DNA of 56,939 nt from a virus (lineage: Duplodnaviria > Caudoviricetes), in IMG/VR virus record IMGVR_UViG_3300023179_000127, positions 1-56,939 of that record; one strand, 5' to 3'. The first letter of the stretch is position 1. The number at the start of each line of letters is the position of its first letter. The notes below the pieces were generated by a model. It had not been told where the DNA came from and did not search any database. It saw only the letters and a program-made list of their open reading frames with translations. The translations under genes were made by a program, and so were the position numbers. Below are positions 30,001 to 39,579 of the stretch, piece after piece.

Positions 30001-30598
30001 AAAATTTTCTTCTTTCATAAAATCTGCTCAGTGATTTTAAATGTGCCCATTTATCATTGTAGTATTCTTCAACGTTAGCATAATCGGCGGCTGCACCAGA
30101 TGCATAAAGATTGACTGTGTATCCATATGCACTTAAATAATGAGTCTGTTGCCAGCTTCTGTACATTACAAGAACAATGGGGTCACTTAAACTACTTGCA
30201 GGAATATCGTATACAAATTTTTGTGTTGATACAAAACCTATGCCGTCAGGTACATAGTTTTTGATATTGATAGTAGGTATATACAGGCTTCTGTATGGGT
30301 TGTTTTTATTATCAAAAACGGTAAATCCTACTTTATACTCACCTGGCCACCTGTACCAGTGTGTGGGTGATATTTCAGTGGATGTCTCACCATCACCAAA
30401 ATCCCACAACACAGTTTTGTTAGATATAACCATGCCAGATAGAGCAGGTATGTTGCCAAGATCAGGGATGAATGTTAGTGGTGTTTGTGGAAAAGAGTAG
30501 CTTGATGTGGCGTAATTACCAGTAAAGTTCTTGACACTAAAATATACATAAGCGAAGTTAGGCTTTGTCGCGTATTTTGCCTCAGCTAATACTGCCAT
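27023..30598 (-). CDS. Baseplate-associated protein with PKD domain, NHL-like propeller and gp7/gpI-like C-terminal region, 1191 aa
   Basis: WDFGDGETSTEISPTHWYRWPGEYKV (PKD); P..I.VD...IWV repeats; follows gp6 directly. Confidence 0.65.
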   Translation of the reverse strand: MAVLAEAKYATKPNFAYVYFSVKNFTGNYATSSYSFPQTPLTFIPDLGNIPALSGMVISNKTVLWDFGDGETSTEISPTHWYRWPGEYKVGFTVFDNKNNPYRSLYIPTINIKNYVPDGIGFVSTQKFVYDIPASSLSDPIVLVMYRSWQQTHYLSAYGYTVNLYASGAAADYANVEEYYNDKWAHLKSLSRFYERRKFLDTNTEQYIIVDRLSAKDDLLYGYISAGDVLMCTPETENSFVIGSSATAVFYYTDDKPKAFTARSLPVIVFATLDSNKVIDKFTIYNNQYINANEAPYSYSNTSPAAFPIVKVRHSPASSLSISTNGIDGEGDLRLSSFYIPEISFQNTAIPFTVRLKDILNFTTKNYPPIHIRKDANRIVEELPESFDTVYTTLSVLSSEQKYTLLDVGVVKEVAENIYEPIKNVVFYDDFDPDIPRSLGSFYKGYLVPKETSLNCRLTASILVKDPKNFPSDCLLGWIAAPNNTQVIRFFRQFYFDFTGGTLNVSYSAQQKAFNLGNLSDIYSIQVVPKGEDGAQDYQTWFADGSKDQLVKISVQGSHLSSFSLSAMPTAFYNEFLQRDVIRNVDYRSEELGSAAPGSMALNSKNDLWVALFDSVSCIKLDARSGYVKTIALPDVTNVPLASSSDMYNVPILSGFAGDNLLMPAGLDTDRLDNLYVAYSHPVVNAIIKYNTDGKQLSSYYLPWMHQPVEILVDRESFIWVSAINLYTTEHPDLSSKNDYLYKFDSDLNLLNGYPISGFRGIGNLAVDGFQNLWTFHDRETVVRVDRLTNEVTYYPGGSGTNQTSYQQSIGAIAGDTGDYIWVVNSSDAKIYLIDATYPPPPNVSFYNISDLYAVSGTPTHVTSAWQENSYVGLGDFIGQRWVNKYMTKSTLTRVVSGKSNLFNILPLSGQYSIIAKNEDFDSLDFYRQLVYQNILLDKKVLFDTFIGSTLGTLSSTPNTLGRASYAKIANFTDAHADIDRVGIAQLQSYCDEFSINTEAYSLPLPPELRRVVDLCSINHKRLWGEKNQFNEDFDIKQTYTSLSPYGKNLGTEINVLSGTVKTGEPIIARELFTDKFKLVNVPAISTFPYGQIVALSGWNDDWGWGLVTSPDISGAKIRNFYKFYRYKQYSPNEVYGNVIDWANPRNTLNFYNSSFDAWSKDSGIMQSLIAYELTKGLRLFLSGSNIPYNN

Positions 30599-30599
30599 A

Positions 30600-32459
30600 T
30601 TAATACTCCGAAGGTACTACTTGCTGTAATGAAGGTGTTACTACTGATATTTTGTTTACAAACTCAAGAACATTGTGAATGTAAGGAAATTTAAAATAAG
30701 GCAGTTGTGTGTTCTGTGATACAATTGTAATGTCTGCTTCAGGATATATTGGATTGTATACAAGAAGGCTTATGCCAGGTGTTGATATGATTGTATCACC
30801 TATTTTTCTCTTGGTATTAATGTCTTTTACCCCTTCAATAGATAAGATAGCGTTTGTCAGATCAGTTATCTTGATAACTGAACCTAAATTGTCTCGGGTT
30901 GTAGAAAAATAGTTTTTCAAAATATTATATACAGAATTTTGAATTGATTGTGCATTTCTTTTTGCAAAGACATCTCTTGTAATTTCAAGATAACTTGTTT
31001 CAGCAATTGCTGAGTTAAGAGACTCACCTGGGCTTCTAATACCGAAATCTACTGCTACATACACTGGGTCATTAATTACAACTTCTGCAGTGGCAAGCTT
31101 TATGGGCTGTACATCGTTAATAATAAGTTGTTTTAATGCGCTGTTTAAATAATTGGTGCGTGTCACATAGCTTGTAAGTTTTTCTAATCTAGGCACTGCA
31201 TAAACGTAAATGTTGTTGAAATTGCATGAATCAGCAAACTTTACTTGATTGTACAGTACTCTTGATTCAAGAGTGGGGTTATTAACCCCCAAATCGAAAT
31301 AATACTTCATATGGCCTGTTAAGTAGTCCCAGTTGTTGACAACTTTTACTGATGCAAGAAGATTGTTATAATTTTTGTTAATATAATTTTCAAAGTCATT
31401 AACTGTTATGAGACGATACTGGCTTCGGAATGTATTTGATGCATTTGCTTTAATGTTTTGAACGCTTTCACGAGTGATAAATGGAGTTGAAGGATCTGAG
31501 TTTGAGAATGTAAGAGCAGGTATTAATTCAGCGGGTAATAAATTTAAGTCTGTAGCAACTGTGTCAGTTAATATGCTTTCAGCGCGCGGGGTTCTGTAGT
31601 AAAACAGTGTGTTGTTGTTTAAAACACCAGGGCCTACTTCACCTGCTGATCCATCAGTTCTTAAATAGTAGACAGCAACGCTATCACCAGCACTTAATTT
31701 TTTACCATTTATTCCATTGCCAAATTTTATTTCATACCTTTCATCTTCATTCATGCGTATTTCATATTTTTTAGAATTGCTTCTCTCGAGGTACAAGGAT
31801 TCTGTTGGTGTCCATTTCTCCCATACTGGGTTAACCACTGTGTTGTCTTTAACATATACGTCAATATTAAAATGATCTATTACTATGTTTTTGCCATTGT
31901 TATCAACAATAGTGAGTGTCAATGCTTCAAACGGATTGCCAATTGCAGTATATGTCGGGTATTCGTTAACAGAGCCTTGAAATAACACGTTTTCATCTTG
32001 TAATGATGCTAAAGTTTCAAAATCATTTGTAAGTTTAGAAAATGTTGTATCTTTTGTGAAAGTATAATTAATACCGTTAAGTGTGAAATAAGAATATCTA
32101 GGTATAGTATAAATGCCGGCAGGAAGAATATTATTAGATGTTGCTTTGAATGGCAAGATTGCAGATTGATATCCTACTGGTTTGTAGTTTATGAGTTTAA
32201 CAATCTTGTTTATGTTTTCATACAATTGCGCAGTTGTAAAGGTGCTTTCAGAGCTAGTTTGATTCAAATAAAACAACAACACATGGTATGCATAAGCGAT
32301 TATATCAATAAATGCTGAGATGTTACTGCCTTCAAAATTTTGATCAGTAAAAACTTTTGTATCATTAAGTCTTTTGACAATAAGACTTTTTAAGCTAAGC
32401 GCATCAAATGCAGCGTAAGCATCAGCAGCCAAACTATAATCGTTAAATTTTTGTGCCAT
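30600..32459 (-). CDS. gp6: Baseplate wedge subunit, T4 gp6-like
   Basis: FTDQNFEGSNISAFIDIIAY...ESTFTTAQL...NYKP; YEIKFGNGINGKKL; YLRTDGSAG; SQYRLITVNDFE. Confidence 0.88.
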   Translation of the reverse strand: MAQKFNDYSLAADAYAAFDALSLKSLIVKRLNDTKVFTDQNFEGSNISAFIDIIAYAYHVLLFYLNQTSSESTFTTAQLYENINKIVKLINYKPVGYQSAILPFKATSNNILPAGIYTIPRYSYFTLNGINYTFTKDTTFSKLTNDFETLASLQDENVLFQGSVNEYPTYTAIGNPFEALTLTIVDNNGKNIVIDHFNIDVYVKDNTVVNPVWEKWTPTESLYLERSNSKKYEIRMNEDERYEIKFGNGINGKKLSAGDSVAVYYLRTDGSAGEVGPGVLNNNTLFYYRTPRAESILTDTVATDLNLLPAELIPALTFSNSDPSTPFITRESVQNIKANASNTFRSQYRLITVNDFENYINKNYNNLLASVKVVNNWDYLTGHMKYYFDLGVNNPTLESRVLYNQVKFADSCNFNNIYVYAVPRLEKLTSYVTRTNYLNSALKQLIINDVQPIKLATAEVVINDPVYVAVDFGIRSPGESLNSAIAETSYLEITRDVFAKRNAQSIQNSVYNILKNYFSTTRDNLGSVIKITDLTNAILSIEGVKDINTKRKIGDTIISTPGISLLVYNPIYPEADITIVSQNTQLPYFKFPYIHNVLEFVNKISVVTPSLQQVVPSEY

Positions 32460-32461
32460 AA

Positions 32462-32950
32462 TTATTCAGTTGAAACATAGTAAAATCCAGAATTACTTAA
32501 TGTGCCTGTGAGTTTAATCACAGCTCCTTTCAATTTAGGCAGCTTCAAAAACATGTTAATGGTGTATTGATGATTGTCTTCATCCATGATTACCTGTATT
32601 CGTTCTACTTCGACTCTAGGTTCCCATGCTGTTATGGCTTTATATATCTCAGTACCGACTAAATTTGCGTTCACTGCATTCATGGGTGTGAACAAATATT
32701 GCATTATATTACAACCGAAATACGGGTTGAGGATTTTTTGGCCAGGAACTGTTGTTAATATGTTATAAATAGAATTGCGTATTGCAGCGTAATCTTTGTC
32801 AATCTTTAAATCTTTAATGGTTTTCTTTTTAAATAAACCTTCGCCTTTTGCATAATCTAGAGATAAATCAACGGCAAGATCGGAATATGTATATTCTGGT
32901 TCTAATGTAGATTGTTCTTTGCGAAGAGTTGTAAGATTAACATTTGCCAC
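32462..32950 (-). CDS. gp25: Baseplate wedge subunit, T4 gp25-like
   Basis: YSDL...AIRNSIYNILTTVPGQKILNPYFGCNI..YLF...ITAWEPRV; GTG start. Confidence 0.9.
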   Translation of the reverse strand: MANVNLTTLRKEQSTLEPEYTYSDLAVDLSLDYAKGEGLFKKKTIKDLKIDKDYAAIRNSIYNILTTVPGQKILNPYFGCNIMQYLFTPMNAVNANLVGTEIYKAITAWEPRVEVERIQVIMDEDNHQYTINMFLKLPKLKGAVIKLTGTLSNSGFYYVSTE

Positions 32951-32955
32951 AAAAA

Positions 32956-32999
32956 TATTTATAGAAATACCTATATTATGAAACGGAGACCATTAAATA
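32956..32999. promoter_or_regulatory. Divergent T4-late-like promoters: TATAAATA on minus (32956-32963) and TAAATA on plus (32994-32999)
   Basis: Matches the T4 late promoter consensus TATAAATA; 5 and 6 nt from the gp25 and 33006 starts. Confidence 0.75.
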
Positions 33000-33005
33000 A
33001 TTTTA

Positions 33006-33611
33006 ATGAATAGTAGGTTTTTGTCTTTATATGAATCTGCCATGGGGCGTTACCAGCATGGTGGTTTTTTAGTAGCGGATTTAGTAGAATTCACAGAAGG
33101 AGCATTAAAAGATCGTTTTTTTGAGGGTCAGCCTGAAAATATTAAAGAAATGGTAAAATCTTTTATTGAATGTGGTTTAAATCTGCGTGTAAAGTCTATC
33201 AAGTCGACTTTTCCTGCTGTAGGTGGTGCAGGTAACCCGGATTACAATGGTTTTAGTTTTGCAGTAGAAGTAACAAAAGAGCTTGCTCCGGGTCTTTACA
33301 GCCCTGATGTCATTGTAGTACCTGCTAATCTCTTGAAGATAAGAGACACTGGTGCAAATTTGGCTCCTGTTCCTGCTTCTTTAGTACGTGACGATAAATC
33401 ACACATTAAGCCTAAGGAAGTTGAAAATGGTGAGCAGGGTACCCAATATTTAAAGCCTGAAGATCAGACCAAGCTTTCAGATCATGGCAAAGGCAAGCAT
33501 GTTAAAGGCGATAGAGAATTGCTTAATAAAAATGTAAAGATTCCTGCTAAGACAGTTGAGGGTCAGAAAGATCCTGCAAAATATACTGCTAAATATTTAC
33601 CTTCTAGGTAA
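33006..33611 (+). CDS. Hypothetical late protein, 201 aa
   Basis: ORF preceded by TAAATA at 6 nt. Confidence 0.75.
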   Translation: MNSRFLSLYESAMGRYQHGGFLVADLVEFTEGALKDRFFEGQPENIKEMVKSFIECGLNLRVKSIKSTFPAVGGAGNPDYNGFSFAVEVTKELAPGLYSPDVIVVPANLLKIRDTGANLAPVPASLVRDDKSHIKPKEVENGEQGTQYLKPEDQTKLSDHGKGKHVKGDRELLNKNVKIPAKTVEGQKDPAKYTAKYLPSR

Positions 33612-34536
33612 TATTTTTGTAAGCTAGCGAAATAAAGCAACTGTAACAATTTATTTCTTGATCTACTACAAATGCACTTCTGTACAGGTATTCAGAGATA
33701 ATTAGCAAATAAATTCTCTTGAGCTCATTGTCTGATATATTTTTATCTGCATAATTGAACATGTTGCGCAATAGAGAGATATAATCTGCGTTAAAATGCG
33801 ATTCATTTTCAATTAAAGCTTTGCGTATTTGTGATAAATTTTTATCTTTTATAGCAGCAAAAATGAGTTGTATTGTATCGTTGCAATTATTTTCTGGTAG
33901 CATTAGCTTGCCGGTGGCAGAATGTTTCTGTAATTCGTTAATACATTTTCTCAGGTCTGGATAATTAGATTTGACAAATTCAATTAGTTTAGTTTTTTGT
34001 GAATCGTTTATTTCAATCTTTTCTGTCTTGAGAATTTCGGCACATCTCTTGATAACACCTTCAATTGGTGGTGTCAGGTCTAGAGACTGGCAACGACTTT
34101 GCAATGCTGAGATAACCCGGTATTTGTAGTTTGCAGTTAAAATAAACCTTGTTATTTTAGCAAATTCTTCCATAGTATTACGAAGCGCGCGCTGAGCGTC
34201 TAATGACAGCCCGTCAGTTTCGTCAAGAATTATTACTTTAATAGCGCCATCAATGCTTTGTGTCTGTGCAAAGTTTGTTACTTTGGTTCTAATAGTATCA
34301 ATACCATTTTCATCGCTAGCGTTAATGTAAAGGTACTGGCATTTTAAAATGTCATTTACAATAATTTTTGCTAATGTGGTTTTACCTAAACCGGGTGTCC
34401 CAAGGAACAATAAATTCGGTATTTCTTTTTTATCTTTAAAAGACTCAATGATGCTTTTGTTAGATTCAAGTATAACAAAAGATTTTAGATCTTTGGGTCG
34501 GTATTTTTCTACCCACAAATTATTAAAGTTAAGCAT
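33604..34536 (-). CDS. gp44: Sliding-clamp loader AAA+ subunit (T4 gp44/RFC-small-like)
   Basis: WVEKYRP, Walker A GTPGLGKTT, Walker B ILDETD, SRC motif. Confidence 0.93.
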   Translation of the reverse strand: MLNFNNLWVEKYRPKDLKSFVILESNKSIIESFKDKKEIPNLLFLGTPGLGKTTLAKIIVNDILKCQYLYINASDENGIDTIRTKVTNFAQTQSIDGAIKVIILDETDGLSLDAQRALRNTMEEFAKITRFILTANYKYRVISALQSRCQSLDLTPPIEGVIKRCAEILKTEKIEINDSQKTKLIEFVKSNYPDLRKCINELQKHSATGKLMLPENNCNDTIQLIFAAIKDKNLSQIRKALIENESHFNADYISLLRNMFNYADKNISDNELKRIYLLIISEYLYRSAFVVDQEINCYSCFISLAYKNIT

Positions 34537-35000
34537 TATTTACCGGAAGAACCAAAGCCCTTCTCGCCTCGAGATGACTGTGTAGTAACACCCCATGCAA
34601 CATCCATATGTATGTTGAGATACACTACAAACTGTGCAATTCTATCACCAGCTTTAATATTATAATCAGTATCAGTCAAATTATAGAGCTTAACCCCGGC
34701 ATCGCCCCTGTAACCGCAGTCTATGATACCGGGATGCGCTAGAATTCCGTGCTTGAAGCCTAATCCGCTTCTAGATTCAACTTTAACCCAGTACCCTTCT
34801 GGTATATCAGCAAACTTTAAGCCTACCGGTACAACATTGCTTGAGCGTGCAGGTATGACAGCATCAGCAACAGAATAAATATCATAACCAGTATCAGACT
34901 CATGGTTTTTAGTAGGTAATTTGGCTAAATCATGCGTTTTTTCAAATTTAAGCACAGGCATGAACTGAATATTAGGATCTACATCATTTACACGTTGCAT
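34536..35000 (-). CDS. dut: Trimeric dUTPase (start reassigned from TTG 35033 to ATG 35000)
   Basis: GYDI, SRSGL, GIIDCGYRG, DRIAQ and RGEKGFGSSG motifs; TATAAT lies 6 nt upstream of ATG 35000. Confidence 0.93.
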   Translation of the reverse strand: MQRVNDVDPNIQFMPVLKFEKTHDLAKLPTKNHESDTGYDIYSVADAVIPARSSNVVPVGLKFADIPEGYWVKVESRSGLGFKHGILAHPGIIDCGYRGDAGVKLYNLTDTDYNIKAGDRIAQFVVYLNIHMDVAWGVTTQSSRGEKGFGSSGK

Positions 35001-35006
35001 AACGTT

Positions 35007-35033
35007 ATTATAGTATATGTTTATAAAAATCAA
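35007..35033 (-). promoter_or_regulatory. Sigma70-like promoter of the dUTPase-clamp loader operon (TTGATT-N15-TATAAT)
   Basis: Perfect -10 box 6 nt before ATG 35000; the spacer is shorter than canonical. Confidence 0.55.
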
Positions 35034-35052
35034 TATGTAAATAAATATATGT

Positions 35053-35538
35053 ATGAGCGAAGAGCTTAATGAAATGGTAGGAGATCTACTGAATCAATTA
35101 GAAGATGCAAATAAAAAGGCTGTTGTTGCTAAGAAAGAAACTGATCCTCTTACAAAAGAAACTATGGAAAAGTTTGTAATTGAAAAGGCTGGCCGATTAG
35201 TAGAAGAAAGTTTAGAAGTTGTTAATAACATGAAAGATTTTGTGAGTTCAGCACCAGAATCTAGAGACATTTCATCGTTATCTGAATTAATTAATGCTAC
35301 TGCTTCAGCAATTGAAACACTTAATAAAATTATTGTTACTGAAAAGCGAAATGAAACTATTATTAAAGCTAAAACTATGGATATTGAATCAAGAAAAAAT
35401 TTAGCAGAAACTGCTCACAACACTAAATTGCTCGCTACAAGAGAAGAAGTGTTCAAAGCATTAATGGCTCAAGCTGTAGAAAACATGAATGCTATTGAAA
35501 CAAAAACGCAAGTTATAGAAGATAAAAAACAAGATTAA
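35053..35538 (+). CDS. Putative terminase small subunit (T4 gp16-like)
   Basis: Helical 161-aa protein; SAPESRDISSLSELINATASAIETLNKI...LLATREEVFKAL resembles the gp16 core and C-terminal pattern. Confidence 0.55.
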   Translation: MSEELNEMVGDLLNQLEDANKKAVVAKKETDPLTKETMEKFVIEKAGRLVEESLEVVNNMKDFVSSAPESRDISSLSELINATASAIETLNKIIVTEKRNETIIKAKTMDIESRKNLAETAHNTKLLATREEVFKALMAQAVENMNAIETKTQVIEDKKQD

Positions 35539-37370
35539 TCTTTATTATTAAATCCTTCTTGTAGTTTTTGTAATCCGCCTTGTGATGTACCTCCACCGGA
35601 TCCACCAAACAGGGAGCTTATAGACGACATTATCTTGCCAATAAACCCTAATCCAGGTATCATGGATGCAAATTGACCTATTAAGTTTAAGAACCCGGTG
35701 ATTGACACTTTGGGTATGAAGTTGGATTGTTTATAACCAAAATTACCTGGTGTAAAGGATTGTAATGAAGAGAAGTTACCTAATGGCATTGCAGGTAATT
35801 GGAATCCTGCAAATTGCTGCCCAATGCTTAGCAGCTGATTTGCAGAGCCTAATGATTGCAAGCTGCTGAAAGAAAGAGGAGAAGCTGAAGGTATAGTGAA
35901 CGGCAGACTGTACCCTGCCATGTTAAAGTTGTTTAAGTTTAAATTGCCTAAACCGCCAAAGCTGCCTAAACTGCCCAATCCGCCTGTAAGCAATCCTGTG
36001 TTTGGTAAAAGGTTTTGAAGTTGACTTGTTATGCGCGGTGTCAAGTTGTCTTTTAATATTTCTGCGCGATTTACAAAAGCTTGATATATAAATTCTGGCA
36101 TTGCAACTCCAAATTGGTTAACATTAACTACATTTGTATTGTTTAAACCGGGGTTAGTTAGATTGGAAAGACTTGCATCACGGGTTTTGTAAGATACAGT
36201 GGCTACTATAGCAGTACGTGTTGATCTGTCGCTAACAGATTTTTGAATTTTCTTTTGATTTAAATCAATGTATTGTTTTCTGTTTTCAACATTCTTTGTT
36301 ATATGCAGGGTTTTTATTTTTTGAAGATTGGCACCAGTACGTGCAGACCCGATCATTCTAGGGTTATATGCGGATGTGTCGTTAATGTTGCTAAAATAAA
36401 TGGCAAATTCATAGGTTTTGCCTAATAGTGTTTTTAATCTGTCTACTAATTCAGATAAATAGCCTTTAAAATTTGTATGGAAGTTAATATCAGTAACTAA
36501 ATTTAGACCATGTGGTTTTGTGGAATCAATAAGTATGTTGTACAAATCTGATGTCTTCTGAATGCGTATTAAATTAGTTCTCATGAGTGATGTGTTTTTG
36601 CGGCTCATATCGGTCATGAGGCTTCGTGTGTTTTCGCTTATTTTGCTATTGAGAGTAGGGGGAATTAAAATTGGAGGGCCATATAAACTGCAATTCATAT
36701 CAGCAACTGGTACAATCGAGTCATCAATTTTGTATGATTGATTTAAAAGTGTGCCAATGCTGTCGCTAAAATCGCCTAGAAACCCTAAATCACTGCCTTT
36801 TTTACTTTTGACCTGCTCTTGAACTTCATCAATGGCTGTTTTAAACTTTTTATACCAAAAATAAATGAAATCGTCATCAAGATTTTTCATTTTTTCAATT
36901 TCTAAATTGTTAAAAAACTCTGTTTGCTTGGTGACCACATCATTAGAAACTTGAGTTTTAAAATATTCAATGGCTATATCAAGTTCGTTCTCATAATCAC
37001 CAACTAAATCAAGAAAATTAGTAAACTTTTTAACAAATTCTGTTGAATTTGCTAAATTTATAAAAAGTAAATCAGGCAATGTTGTTTTTGTTATCTTTGT
37101 ACCAGTATTTTTGTTAGTACTTGTTAATTTTTTGTTTTCCAATACAGCTATGCTTGTTTGCTCGCTATTTACATCAGGATATGAAGCGCTTATTTCTTTT
37201 TCAACATCATATGTAAATGTTTTCATGTATGATGCTTGTGTTTCTGCGCTTGCAGGTTTAGTTGGCACAGCAGTTGACGGGCCGTTAGGGTTAGGTGGCT
37301 CAGGTAAAGCCATGATTGCTGGGTCTTTAAATAAATCTCTTGCAATTACTGTAGATGTTTGTTCGGCCAT
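35535..37370 (-). CDS. Hypothetical protein in baseplate hub cluster, 611 aa, with Gly/Leu/Ser/Phe-rich C-terminus
   Basis: Long ORF abutting the gp27-like gene. Confidence 0.7.
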   Translation of the reverse strand: MAEQTSTVIARDLFKDPAIMALPEPPNPNGPSTAVPTKPASAETQASYMKTFTYDVEKEISASYPDVNSEQTSIAVLENKKLTSTNKNTGTKITKTTLPDLLFINLANSTEFVKKFTNFLDLVGDYENELDIAIEYFKTQVSNDVVTKQTEFFNNLEIEKMKNLDDDFIYFWYKKFKTAIDEVQEQVKSKKGSDLGFLGDFSDSIGTLLNQSYKIDDSIVPVADMNCSLYGPPILIPPTLNSKISENTRSLMTDMSRKNTSLMRTNLIRIQKTSDLYNILIDSTKPHGLNLVTDINFHTNFKGYLSELVDRLKTLLGKTYEFAIYFSNINDTSAYNPRMIGSARTGANLQKIKTLHITKNVENRKQYIDLNQKKIQKSVSDRSTRTAIVATVSYKTRDASLSNLTNPGLNNTNVVNVNQFGVAMPEFIYQAFVNRAEILKDNLTPRITSQLQNLLPNTGLLTGGLGSLGSFGGLGNLNLNNFNMAGYSLPFTIPSASPLSFSSLQSLGSANQLLSIGQQFAGFQLPAMPLGNFSSLQSFTPGNFGYKQSNFIPKVSITGFLNLIGQFASMIPGLGFIGKIMSSISSLFGGSGGGTSQGGLQKLQEGFNNKD

Positions 37371-37371
37371 G

Positions 37372-39174
37372 TTATATTCCCTTTATTTGTTTTTGATAGA
37401 TATCAAAATAATTATATGTTTTCACTGCTTTAATTTCATTATTGTATTCGCCACCTTCAAAAACATGTTTAACTTCTGTTATATAGTATGTTCCAAGCAT
37501 TCTTTGATCAAATTCACTAATATCTAAAGTAGTATTTCTGTTAATACCTAAAAATCTGTTAGCTTGTCTGTGTGTACTACCTGGTACTTTGAAGCTAATA
37601 GCTTGATTTAGAAATACAGCTGACTTTAAAAACCTGTTTCTACCGTAACTCAATCGTTGAGCTTTAGATTGAATAGGGGTATCTTCATCATCAGATTTAG
37701 TAGAATATTCATTTCTTAAATTTTTAGATAAAAACTTGTACGTACCAGCTGCAAAATTTGTTGAATATTGACTGTTTAATGTTTTAACATAATTTGAATA
37801 ATAAACATTGTTAGATTGTTCATATGTATTGTCAATTACATCCATGGAAAATTCATGATTGTTGAAATTGTAACTATGCACTATGCTAGAATTCACAAGC
37901 TGCTGGGTAAATTCACCAGGCATCATGTCTATGGTAAAGTTATTGATTGTACCTGCTGTATATAGGTACACTGTATTTTTGAATGGTGCGTATCTTACAA
38001 ATTGTGTTGAAGATGAAATAATTTTATCTGAAAAGAAATCGGTGTAGCCTCCTAGCAAATATGTTTCTAAAAAATAAGGACCAGGTAACCCGGCGTTTGC
38101 TTCTCTGTCTGGTACTAGCGGATCCGGTTCTTGTAACAAAGCCTTCTTAAAAATAGACGTCATGCTTTCAAGAGAGAAAACTCTAGATGATCTGTCTAAT
38201 TCTAACAAAGCAAAATCATAATTGTTGTTAGAATCAGACACATGTCTGTCTAGCAGGTAGTTTAAAGTGTCTATACCTTTGTAGTTAGCTGGAGAAGAGA
38301 AGAATATTCTTGATGCACCTTTATCAAAATCTTCTGATTTATCTGTTACTGTTGCGGGGTAGCCATCTTCTTTATTAAAAAAACTTGTTAAAAACGTTTT
38401 TATAGCTTCTTGTGTTTGTAAGCTGCGTTGAGCATTGCTTACATTAACTGTGTTACTGTTGTTGCAGAAGTTTGATGTAGAATAATAGCTATTTTTTTCT
38501 AACAAAATCTGTTCATACAAGTCTCTAAAATAAAGTTTTTTATATTTTGTACCGGGGGTGTCTAGTAGTACCTCTTCTGTGTTGTAAATACTGCCGTGTA
38601 TGCATATTCTAAAATATTTGTTTATGTTTTCGTCTTTACTATCAACTGGCGCGCTTGATTCATTGATAGAAAAGTTAGGAAAAATGTTTATATAAATTAA
38701 ATCACGAGCATCTCCTTTAAAAAGAAAGCCTTTTTTGGCCGGTGTATTCGGTGCACGTTGTTCATTTATGGCGTCAATCTGTCGTTCTATAATATCAAAA
38801 GAATTATCTAGTACTATATACCCATTATGAAATGGTGAGGAAGCGTTGTCAACTAATACAAGTTGCTTTAAGCTGGCTGGTCTTATGTAAAAAGCTCTGT
38901 CATGAGTGTTGACTATAACAATAGCCATGGAGTATGGTGTACCTTCAACATTAGTAAAATTAACAACTTCAGGCTTGTTGTTTATATTTTTACTGCCTGG
39001 GATAGCTAATTCTGGTGTGTTGTCTGTTACTGGCTGCCCCGGAAATTTTCTAGCAAAACCAGGCGTACCTCTTAATTCAGGTATAATCCATTCAAGCCCA
39101 TCATCTACAGGGTCTGGCCAGCCGCCGACCCCTACTACATTGTTTTCATCAGGTGTTGGAAATTGTGTAGCCAT
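37372..39174 (-). CDS. Baseplate hub protein, T4 gp27-like
   Basis: C-term ISFKVPG...GTYYITEVKHVFEGGEYNNEIKAVK is typical of hub proteins; follows gp53. Confidence 0.6.
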   Translation of the reverse strand: MATQFPTPDENNVVGVGGWPDPVDDGLEWIIPELRGTPGFARKFPGQPVTDNTPELAIPGSKNINNKPEVVNFTNVEGTPYSMAIVIVNTHDRAFYIRPASLKQLVLVDNASSPFHNGYIVLDNSFDIIERQIDAINEQRAPNTPAKKGFLFKGDARDLIYINIFPNFSINESSAPVDSKDENINKYFRICIHGSIYNTEEVLLDTPGTKYKKLYFRDLYEQILLEKNSYYSTSNFCNNSNTVNVSNAQRSLQTQEAIKTFLTSFFNKEDGYPATVTDKSEDFDKGASRIFFSSPANYKGIDTLNYLLDRHVSDSNNNYDFALLELDRSSRVFSLESMTSIFKKALLQEPDPLVPDREANAGLPGPYFLETYLLGGYTDFFSDKIISSSTQFVRYAPFKNTVYLYTAGTINNFTIDMMPGEFTQQLVNSSIVHSYNFNNHEFSMDVIDNTYEQSNNVYYSNYVKTLNSQYSTNFAAGTYKFLSKNLRNEYSTKSDDEDTPIQSKAQRLSYGRNRFLKSAVFLNQAISFKVPGSTHRQANRFLGINRNTTLDISEFDQRMLGTYYITEVKHVFEGGEYNNEIKAVKTYNYFDIYQKQIKGI

Positions 39175-39176
39175 AA

Positions 39177-39545
39177 TTAAGCAAGGAGTCGTTTAATATC
39201 AGATATAATGTTTTTAATGTATTGGGGCTTTACAATTTTAATGTAAGTACCTTGTGCAGGGATAATAACGGGGTTTCTTATTTTATTAACTAAACATATT
39301 AACCACCACAATTCAATTGTTTGATAAGCATTGAAGCTCACTGTAGTCCATGGAGATCTCTTTTTAACTTGCATTAGATACACTTTTTCATCATCAACTT
39401 CATAATTATTCAAAGAAATAGCTTTTGAAATGTTATAAAAATATTGATTATCGTCTGTTTTGTACACTTTGAATATGTTTTCATATCTAGATGGTACTAA
39501 CTGCGGTAAATCTGTAATATCGTTTTGATATGAACCTTGTTCCAT
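39177..39545 (-). CDS. gp53: Baseplate wedge protein, T4 gp53-like (LysM-like)
   Basis: WTTVSFNAYQTIELWWLICLVNKIRNP...GTYIKI. Confidence 0.75.
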   Translation of the reverse strand: MEQGSYQNDITDLPQLVPSRYENIFKVYKTDDNQYFYNISKAISLNNYEVDDEKVYLMQVKKRSPWTTVSFNAYQTIELWWLICLVNKIRNPVIIPAQGTYIKIVKPQYIKNIISDIKRLLA

Positions 39546-39551
39546 ATATAG

Positions 39552-39559
39552 TATTTATA
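39552..39559 (-). promoter_or_regulatory. T4-late-like promoter TATAAATA before gp53
   Basis: Exact consensus, 6 nt from the ATG. Confidence 0.75.
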
Positions 39560-39579
39560 ACAGTAATGTAAGGCTGTTA

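Noticed and set aside
1117-30598. Diversity-generating retroelement or invertase shufflon acting on the adhesins
   Set aside because: No reverse transcriptase, recombinase or near-identical TR/VR pair is visible in this window.
35001-35033. TTG start for dUTPase given by the ORF track
   Set aside because: The extension coincides with the promoter boxes; ATG 35000 fits the local geometry.
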